Below the pieces are notes generated by a model that was not told the origin of the DNA, did not search any database, and worked only from the letters and a program-made list of their open reading frames with translations. Below are positions 54,354-64,000 of a stretch of 64,000 bases of DNA, piece after piece; position 1 is the stretch's first letter, and each line of letters starts with the position of its first letter. The stretch spans positions 39,122,001 to 39,186,000 of the forward strand of contig OZ024743.1 of assembly GCA_964016885.1 (NCBI GenBank). The letters are read 5' to 3'. The position numbers were made by a program, and so were the translations under genes. Source of the stretch: Eledone cirrhosa. Taxonomy: Eukaryota.

Positions 54354-55264
54354 TTTCCGCTTCTGTGGTTTACCATTCGATCATTTGGTGAAATATATTT
54401 CTTTAATGGAATGTATACAGGGAAGATTAATCATATTATAAGATATCTATCTTTGAAGTTCTGGTCAACTTTACTGAGTTACCTACCTAGCTATGTTTGG
54501 TTACACACTTGTTAAAATTATCTCCTGTGATTATTCATGTTTATTTATATGTTAATCAATTTCTAGTTATTACAAAATGCTCGGACCTACCCGTTAGAAT
54601 CTTAGAGCTTATTTTTCGGGTGATATGGCGCATGTCTTTTTGGCATGACACCCATAATTTTGATTTAGATTAAATTCATTTGATTTATCTTAATTTTGGA
54701 TATAGATATATAAATACGGCTCCTTAATTGTAGAGCAAACTCTGTTGAAAGGTCTCGACTGCTGTTTCTAGTTGTCTATAACCCTATTCACGCCACTGGG
54801 ACGAAGCTAGTATGATGTGTGTATTTCTAGTAGATATAGCACATGTTGCTGGCCAGTCGCTGATTTGAACTTGAAGTGTAAACACTGACCGCCGGAACTT
54901 CTTCATTGTTGAAAATCAAACTTTCCGCTTCTGTGGTTTACCATTCGATTAATTGGTGAAATATATTTCTTTAATGGAATATATACAGGGAAGATTAATC
55001 ATATTATAAGGTATCTATTTTTGAAGTTCTGGTCAACTTTACTTAGTTACCTACCTAGCTATGTTTGGTTACACACTTGTAAAACTTATCTCCTGTGATT
55101 ATTCATGTTTATTTATATGTTAGTCAATTTCTAGTTATTACAAAATGCTCGGACCTACTCGTTAGAATCTCAGAGCTTATTTTGCAGCTGATATGGCGCA
55201 TGTCTTTCTGGCATGACACCCATAATTTTGATTTAGATTAAATTCATTGGATTTATCTTAATTT
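54354..55264. repeat. Tandem repeat with 568-bp unit (1.6 copies)
   Basis: tttccgcttctgtggtttacc at 54354 and 54922; flanked by (TA)n. Confidence 0.88.
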
Positions 55265-55288
55265 TGTATATATATATATATATATATA

Positions 55289-55339
<51 letters not shown>

Positions 55340-56239
55340 AGTGTCACTTGGAGTTACTGCAGGTTCTCCCGGGTGAGCACACGATGTTTAGGTTCACTTC
55401 TGTGTTGAGGTGTAGAGCTTATACAGAGTGTAATATATTGAAAGGATAACAAGGACGATTGGTTACTCCTTCATTACATGTATTGATAGGTGGCGTGCGT
55501 TTAGCCACTGATCAGCTCAACGTTCGATCTGTATCGATCTTACCCGACTCACTAATCAGCAGCTCGACGGACCCTTTAAAATACTAAACTTATAACAAAA
55601 TCTCAATTTAACGGAGTATATGTAGAACCAACCAGAATAAGTCTCATATAGTCATCTCCCTATGTAGATTGATTTTCTTGATTTTTTTCTCAGTTTATTT
55701 TAATATACAATATTGCTTCTCAGAGAGATTTCTTTCGTTGAGATGTTTGGGTATTAGAAACTAATTAATATTCAATTAATATTAAACAGCTCCATAACCT
55801 TTCGAGCTATAGCAGACGGTCTTTATTCTGTTATTTCTAGCGATATTATAAGTCTGTCAAGTAGTCAAAATATGCTAAGATACTTGAGAACGCAACACTA
55901 TGCATGTTATTATTTGACCATCCTGACTCGGCTTAGGAAACAGTATCAATCATATCTTGTTCCATTTCATTTAGACTTGAAGAATTATACTCCCCCGAAG
56001 AGTGAGGTAGCATCTTCAATTATTGGTGGTTCTCATGTTCATTATTCCCCATACGATATTATGTTACGGAGATATACATATAAGCGAAGGTAGATAGAAC
56101 AATGTTTTCGTCTATCTTATTTATACTCCCAGATTTATATTTTTTTCTCATTTGATTTTAATATATATAATCTCTATATATATATTTGAAAGCTGGAGGC
56201 ATCGTCGTTGTTTTATCGCGCAACGGTTCTAAAATGCTA

Positions 56240-57290
56240 AAGTTGCATGAGTGGCAGTGGGGTCTGGGGGTACCAGTGGAGGATTTGGTGGTGGAAAGTA
56301 GCTGAGGAAAAGGAGATTTCGGAGGTTAGGTGTGCGCTTGAATTGTAAGGTGTGTGAATGGTAACAAGTTTGTTTTGGAGAGCTCCGACTGGAGGCGGCA
56401 GAAGAGCCGAAATACAGTCATCTTGAGATAAAACCCGGAGGTGCTGTAAGTAAGGGAGCATCGAGGTAGGACTGGGAATAGTGGGTTTGAACAAAGCAGA
56501 GGTGATGAGGAAATACTGGGATGGGTCAATGGAGACGAATGTGACCAGGAATTGTATGGATGTGGTAGAGATTGAGGTGGTGAAGATAGGGAACTAGAGA
56601 ATGAAGTGAAACCATACTCTGGTGAGTAAGATGGCGCCGATACATTTTCCATTATACCGCCTGTATAGCGTAGGGTTCGGCCAGTATATTGGGTAAGGAT
56701 TTGGGCCTAAATGTTAGGCATAGTTGGGGCGCATTCTTCCACACATGGCTAACCAGGTTACATGTTTGTAGAACTTACTTGTGAAGTAAAAGCAGTTGAG
56801 GGTGAGAACCAGCTCGCGAACCGTCGTAGATGATGTGACCGGAAATGTAAGGGAGAGAGATGAAGGTTGAGCAAGTGTTGGGATGATGTACGCCTTCAGC
56901 CTGCAGTATGACCATGTAGAACGATATGCTGTGGACGGTGAAACGGAGGCGGTTTGGCCAGGTTGAAAGATGAAGTAGCAAAATAGGTGGTGGGCGTAGT
57001 TGGCATCACATATGTGGGAGAGGAGCGCAGCTATTAGAAGGGCGAATATGGAATCGAGATAAACAGAGATGACTTTCATGGGTTAATTGAAAGAGGAGAC
57101 TATAGCGCTGCCAGGGGAATCCGGGTTATGGATTTGGGGAGGAGGTAGATGCTAGATGTGTGGTGTGTGTGAACAATGAAGTTGTTGGCGGCCGGAGGCG
57201 GCAGCGAAGAAGCGACGACTTTTATACAGTGGAGGGTAATAGTTAATGGTATTGATGTGTAAAATCAGACGGCAGGTGAGATTAGAAGAG
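56240..57290 (-). pseudogene. PLE reverse transcriptase remnant (Neptune-like)
   Basis: IYLLPK.HNPDSPGSAIVS, ISVYLDSI, LVLTLNCFYF...AMCGRMRPNYA (cf. G.AMG..MGPNYA), LYRRY...CIG. Frameshifted. Confidence 0.75.
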
Positions 57291-57524
57291 ATGGTTACGA
57301 AACTGTCAGTAGTGCCACACAAGTGCATTCACACGCATACACACACACACAGACAGAAACACACACACATACTCACACACACATTTATATATATATATAT
57401 ATGTGTGTGTTATACACTAATGCTTGCACACATACATGCGTGCTCACAGATACAGACGCATGTACGAACACATACAAACATAACCACATACGCACATGCG
57501 CGCACGCACACACACACACATACA

Positions 57525-57562
<38 letters not shown>

Positions 57563-58326
57563 GTGTGTGTATGTGCATGTGTGTGTCTGTGTGGTTATGT
57601 TTATGTGTTTTCGTACGGGTATATGTATCTGTGAGCACGCCTGTATGTATGCAAGCATTAGTGTATAACTCAGAAACGTCTTGTTATCATCTAACTGGGG
57701 AACGTTTAGATAGTAATCTCTTCCTTCACTTAATTTATTGTAAAGAGAATTTAATTAAACGTGTTTCTGTGTATGATAGATATTTATTTAAATATATTTT
57801 ATCTATTTAAGCTGGAAATTTCCAACACGTCGCACAAACAAGTACGCATAATTATCTTCTATTCTCCTATAAAATGTGCGTATTCTATATTTCAATATTT
57901 TGATAACATTGAAGAAGAACAGTTTTATTTGATTTAAAATATAAACATTTAGTTTAATATAACAGTTTTGTTGGAATTCGACAACAGCGCCTAAATTATA
58001 TTGAAATGTGTTTAGTGCAGTAAATTTAATTTCCTAAAGGAAGATCACGAAGGTGTTTGCATACACTTATGTGTCAAGAATTCAAATATATATATATATT
58101 GTTATACTTGGGGAGGGTCATACATTAGTAATAATATTGCCAGAAATAATAACAGAATACTGCTTGGTTTGTTTTCGCTTCTGTATCTTTTATATATCCA
58201 TAGTTGATGTATTTGGTAATCAACGTTTATCATTGATTGACCAGCGGTTAAAAATACAGTTATATATATAAATAGGTAAGTTATTCCGGTAACCACAGTA
58301 AGTATGGTACTCAATATATGGCAGAG

Positions 58327-58377
<51 letters not shown>

Positions 58378-59430
58378 GGTTATTCCCCTTGTGATTTCCA
58401 CACGTGGTCTAACTTACCACCGTGTCATTCACTTATTTGGTACAGAGCGAAATACCTGTTGATAACGTGATATTCCTTGTTCGATTATTATACCCAAAGC
58501 TTATATTTTTAAGCAGACTGTATTTTGATTTAGGTGTCACAGAAACTCTACATCGGATTTTAACAGCAATTCCGGGAGTCCAGGTCTGTTTATCATTTAT
58601 TTTTTATCATTTATATGTTTTGACCAGTTTAGATTGATTTGGTCTTTGGCTTGGGTGGTTAATGCCTTCTTGACCACCTTTTCAGTTTTGTATGGCTTCT
58701 TAAAACATTGTTTAGCCCTGGTTTTTGACTATTGAGCACTTTGCCATTATCATTTCTGATTTTTCTATTTCGCTACGCTTTTCCTGCCCGCCGAAATGCG
58801 ATTCTCGCTGAATCTTTATTTTTATTAATCTCCCGTGTCTTACAATTAACTTGTTAATAATTTCTATTGACAGGTTAATTGTATAAGTTTATTTTAAAAC
58901 CACTCGGTTGAGAACTTATTCGATTTGTGCTATTTATGATATTGTTTGCATGATTTACACTTACTGAATTACTTTGCCAAAATCTGGGTTATTCCCCTTG
59001 TGATTTCCACACGTGGTTTAACTTACCACTGTGTCATTCACTTATTTGGTACAGAGCGAAATACCTGTTGATAACGTGATACTCCTTGTTCGATCATTAT
59101 ACCCAAAGCTTATATTTTTAAGCAAACTGTATTTTGATTTAGGTGTCACAGAAACTCTACATCGGATTTTAACAGCAATTACGGGAGTCCAGGTCTGCTT
59201 ATTATTTATTTTCCATTATTTATTTTGTTTTGACGTGTTTAGCTTGATTTGATTTTTGGCTTGGGTGGTTAATGCCTTCTTGACCACCTTTTCAGTTTTG
59301 TATGGCTTCTTAACACACTGTTTAGCTCTGGCTTTTAACTATTGAGCATTTTGCCAGCATCATTCCTGATTCTTGCGTTTCGCTTCGCTTTTCCTGCCCG
59401 CCGAAATGCGATTCTCGCTGAATCTTTATT
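58378..59430. repeat. Tandem repeat with 609-bp unit (1.7 copies)
   Basis: ggttattccccttgtgatttcc at 58378 and 58987, with near-identical ORF translations at 58422 and 59031. Flanked by (TA)n. Confidence 0.88.
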
Positions 59431-59432
59431 TG

Positions 59433-59980
<548 letters not shown>

Positions 59981-60232
59981 TATGCATATAGAAGTAGTTG
60001 CACAACAGTTAGTTCACCATACCGAGAACAAATGTTTCACCTTATGCGGATTTTCAGCTTTGTCAGTTTGAAATTTTACGGAAATGGAAAAACAACTGTA
60101 CGAATCGGCATGCGTAGAAACGTTCACTTCTCCTGGTCAAGTTATCTTGCGGTCGATCGATGTCAGGGAGATAACTTTGGATGTCCAGAATAAATTGTTC
60201 GAGTTGTTCAGAATATTAGATTATTGATGTTA

Positions 60233-60660
60233 TTAAATCTGGAGTTTTGAGTAATGTAGAATGTGTTTCCAGACGTGTGGACAACGTGTAAAATATTCAT
60301 TGCTTGAATTTAGGCAAACGTTATTGCTGAATTTTTGCAGGATATTGATCATTTCTTCAACGCACACTCCATAATACATATTTCCACTTGCGTATGGCTT
60401 GGACCTAGTGATAGCTTTCCATTGGATGAAGTAGTCTAAGCGTGAGTCTTTGAGGGACCATACACGGCTCGCGAGTTTCATGGACGATCGTTTGTTCAGG
60501 GTATCTAAATCTCGACTGATGGCTCAGGAAGCGTTACTTAAACCGGCCCTCCGCCATACCCACATCGGAAAGCTTCCTGAACCATCAGTCGACCTTTAGA
60601 TACCCGGAAAAAACGATCGCCCACGAAACTCGCGAGACGTGTATGGCCCCTCAAAAACTA
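60233..60660 (-). pseudogene. PLE GIY-YIG C-terminal remnant with fold-back inverted duplication
   Basis: KLASRVWSLKD...IQW...PY...VCVEEM...CLNSSNE...CPH. 60446-60532 is the reverse complement of 60572-60659. Confidence 0.75.
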
Positions 60661-61196
60661 AGAATAATGGGAAAGGATTTCAGTCTTAATCTTAACGGGA
60701 GATTTCATCCGAGAGACTGCCTGACCTACTTTGCAACTTCAAGCTGAAAGTGATAGCATATTCATACTGTTGCAGAATCTGGTGAACATTTAAAGAGGAA
60801 GGTTGTCGTATTCCGTCGTCAGAAATAAGCACATTATTGGACGGAAAATTCAAATAGATTAAAAGCCGCCGGAGCTCTCACTCAGGTTAATTATGGGAAT
60901 AACTTAGACAGAAAGGCAAAATACATACACATCTAACTACTATAAAAGACATAGTGTTCAACTTACGAATAAAGATATTTCTGGGAGATATTTAAAATTA
61001 TCTCTAATGAGCCATCCGTTTAGATTCCGTCCAGCTGTGCCGCTATACACTGACGAGGTGAATTTAAAAAATCGTATTTAATAAATACGAAATTGAAAAA
61101 CAGAATGCACAGAATATGTTAAATAGTGGATTAACGGCTTCGTGTGGGGACAGAAGTTATGCTCCAAACAATGCAGATCCATACACACACACACAC

Positions 61197-61274
<78 letters not shown>

Positions 61275-61279
<5 letters not shown>

Positions 61280-62035
61280 GGGTTCACTCTAGCTCCATAT
61301 TTTCATACTGTGTCCCTGAAGCTCTACAGTCCCATAGTGTGCCACCCTAGCTCTCTGCAGTGCCATAGTGCGACACACAAGATCCGAAGTGCCGTATTTT
61401 TCCACCCTATAGCCACAGTGCTCTTGGGGTTCACGCTAGCTCCATATTTCCATAACATCTCATTGAAGCTCCACAGTTCCATGGTATCCCACCCTATCTC
61501 CAGCGTTCCATGGTGTACTACCCTAGCTCCGCAGTGTCATATTGCGGTTCCCTAGCCCCAAAGTGCCTTATTTCACCACATTATCTACCCATTACCCATT
61601 ATACTTTCCATCATAGTTACGTCCCTTTACAGTCTGAGTTCAAATCCCGCCGATGTTAATTTTGGCTTTCTTCCTTATGGGATCGATTCAATAAAGTACC
61701 AGTAATACACTAGGATAATTGCTGGCCATGTGCCAACAGTAGAAACAATTATCTCCCCCTTATCATCTGGAGTCACCCTAGCTCTATATTTCCATAATGT
61801 ATCATTGAAGCTCCCCATTTCTATAGTGTGCCAGCCTAGCGCCGCAGTGCCGTATTGTGGTATCCTAGCTCCAAAGTGCCGTACTTTCCACCCTATATCT
61901 CCATTGCCGTTGGCAGTCACCCTAGCCCCATAGATCCATACTGTGGCACTGACGGTCTCCAGTTCTAAAGTGTGACACCCTAGCTCCGCAGTCCCATAGT
62001 TCGGTACCCTAGCGTATTTGTCCACCCTATTTCCC
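61275..62035. repeat. ~30-bp minisatellite with ~146-bp higher-order unit
   Basis: Recurrent caccctagctcc..cagtgccatagtg. Higher-order starts at ~61283, 61430, 61772 and 61917. Confidence 0.75.
61612..61752 (+). mobile_element. tRNA-derived SINE, 5'-truncated, inserted in the minisatellite
   Basis: gttacgtccctttac..ctgagttcaaatcccgccg...agaaacaattat, as at 41395. Confidence 0.82.
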
Positions 62036-62737
62036 CGTTGTCATATTTTACCGTCTTATGTTTCAGTGCCTTACTGTCCCTTAATAGTATCTTATGACGA
62101 AGATGATGTTTATTTTGATGGTGATGATGATGATTATAATGATTTTGATGGTGATGATGAGGTTGCGGATGTATGGATGGTGATGAAGAAGGTGGTGCTA
62201 TCTTAATGGTGATGATGTTGATGACAATGACGATACATATTTTCTCACCAGTTCAATCTCCTTTGTAGACGCATACAATAAAAGAGAGCAAAGTTGTTTT
62301 ACACCATCCCCTTCCCTACCGTTTACACACTCATACATTCACCGCACACATACACTTACCCCCCCCCCCCCCCACACGCACACACACGCACATATAAACA
62401 TAGATAGCTTTGTGCAAATGTTGAAACGGTGTTTAATTTTTTTTTCACCTTAGAATTTTCACCATCCCCCTTCCTTCGTGTTAACACTTTCATCCCACAT
62501 CAGGCTGACACACGGATAGAAACGATTCGACTTTAAGTAATATAGATATATAAATCCGTCTCTGACTCCACTAGATAGCATTTCGGTTCTCTTAGATGCT
62601 GTGAAGCCTGGTGGTCAACAGCCGATGACCCTGGAGTTTGACATTTTTTTTATTTAAAAAAATGTTTCTTTAATGTTTCCCCTTAAAAAAAATTGATTTC
62701 CGTTCACTGCATTCTCCTCTCTTTCATAAGTTTCTTA

Positions 62738-62852
<115 letters not shown>

Positions 62853-64000
62853 TTTAAAATAGCAGATTAAAGTTTAAGCAAAGAATCGCTGTTTTCTTAT
62901 ATATACTGTATATATGAACAAATTCAGGCCCCAACGGCTGAGCTCCATTCATTTCAACAGCTACTCTGATGGGTTATGGTTCCCCTGGTATTTTACCACA
63001 CCCTATCTGATATATAAATATATATATACATATATATATATATAATCAGTGATCCCTAATGATGTCTACGCTGATATCAGTCATTGAAATTAAATTGCTC
63101 ATTAATTTTCTAATGCGAATATGTTTCTAATTGAAATATTTAAAACAGAAATGAAGTGTATGTAGCATCAGTGTCTATATATGAATTAAAGCTGTGCACA
63201 TTAGTTACTGAAATCATTTTTCTTTAATTTTCTGACATTTAGAGATAGCTGCACGGATAGCTGTTGATTACTACGTCATTTGCTGTTTCATATGTTCTAC
63301 ATTTATTTGTTTATATTCTGCACGTTTGGATGTATTTCTCCTTTAAATATCTGGGTATGTTAATTATGAAATAGCGTTTTCATGTTTAATGTAATATTTT
63401 GAAAATGATCATTTTCAGCAATCATTATATTTGTTTGATTTTTCTTCCTATATGCTATCTTCATGGATGAAACTGAAATTTGTAATTATCTGATGTATTT
63501 CAAATGTCTAAAATATATATTTCTGGTTATAGAAATTGGTAATAGTTAAAAGAGTGTATATAAATAAAACACACACTCATAGATCGTTGGAAAACCTATG
63601 TTCCTTATTTGGCTTGTGATTATGAATATATATGTTGACTCTTAAACTGCACATGTTTCGTTCACTCTCTATACTTAACTATATGCTTTCCCATACAATT
63701 TCTTTATACAAGTAACATTTAATTTACGATATATTACAAAAAAAATGTGTTTCTTTTTAATTTCTGAATTTCTCGACTTTCCCTTTTATTGGGAAGAGGC
63801 TCTCAAATTCTTGTGGTTACATACCACGTGTCTTGGGCATATAGAACTGGTGAACCCTTCTCTCTCCATGTCTGAACAGAGCCAATTTCTTGAATACATA
63901 AAAGACAGTGTAAGTGCAATAAAGCAACAAAAAAGATACATGGAGATTTGAAATCCCGTACTGGACAGTTATTTAATGTCCCCGAAGTATGAACAGAATA

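Noticed and set aside
61275-62035. CRISPR-like ~30-bp periodicity
   Set aside because: Eukaryotic context, degenerate repeats, no unique spacers and no cas genes.
62018-62235. Asp-rich ORF
   Set aside because: Degenerate (GAT)n microsatellite.
63740-64000. Possible exon, or old LINE RT remnant on the minus strand (LYAQDT, cf. YADD)
   Set aside because: Motifs too weak and cut by the window edge to support either call.

Overview
AT-rich, microsatellite-saturated metazoan intergenic or intronic DNA. The SINE type and the (TA)n/(CA)n density suggest a cephalopod such as Octopus (inference). I find no convincing host protein-coding gene: most ORFs in the track are translated microsatellites. 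The window is a transposon graveyard dominated by Penelope-like elements (PLEs), with about ten RT or GIY-YIG remnants, inverted pseudo-LTR structures, and about 20 intact or decayed minimal type I hammerhead ribozyme (HHR) motifs read directly from the sequence. Two non-coding tandem repeat families (~445-bp and ~1008-bp units) carry one HHR per unit, which is retrozyme-like architecture. Several HHRs have long or branched stem II insertions or covariant cores. Also present: a decayed CsRn1-like Gypsy LTR element nested in a Chapaev3-like DNA transposon, a near full-length RTE LINE with an 11-bp TSD, a mariner fragment, four tRNA-derived SINE copies, RTE-5'UTR-like repeats inside a near-perfect 1738-bp duplication, and a minisatellite with higher-order structure. 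All coordinates were read by eye, and edges of decayed elements are approximate.
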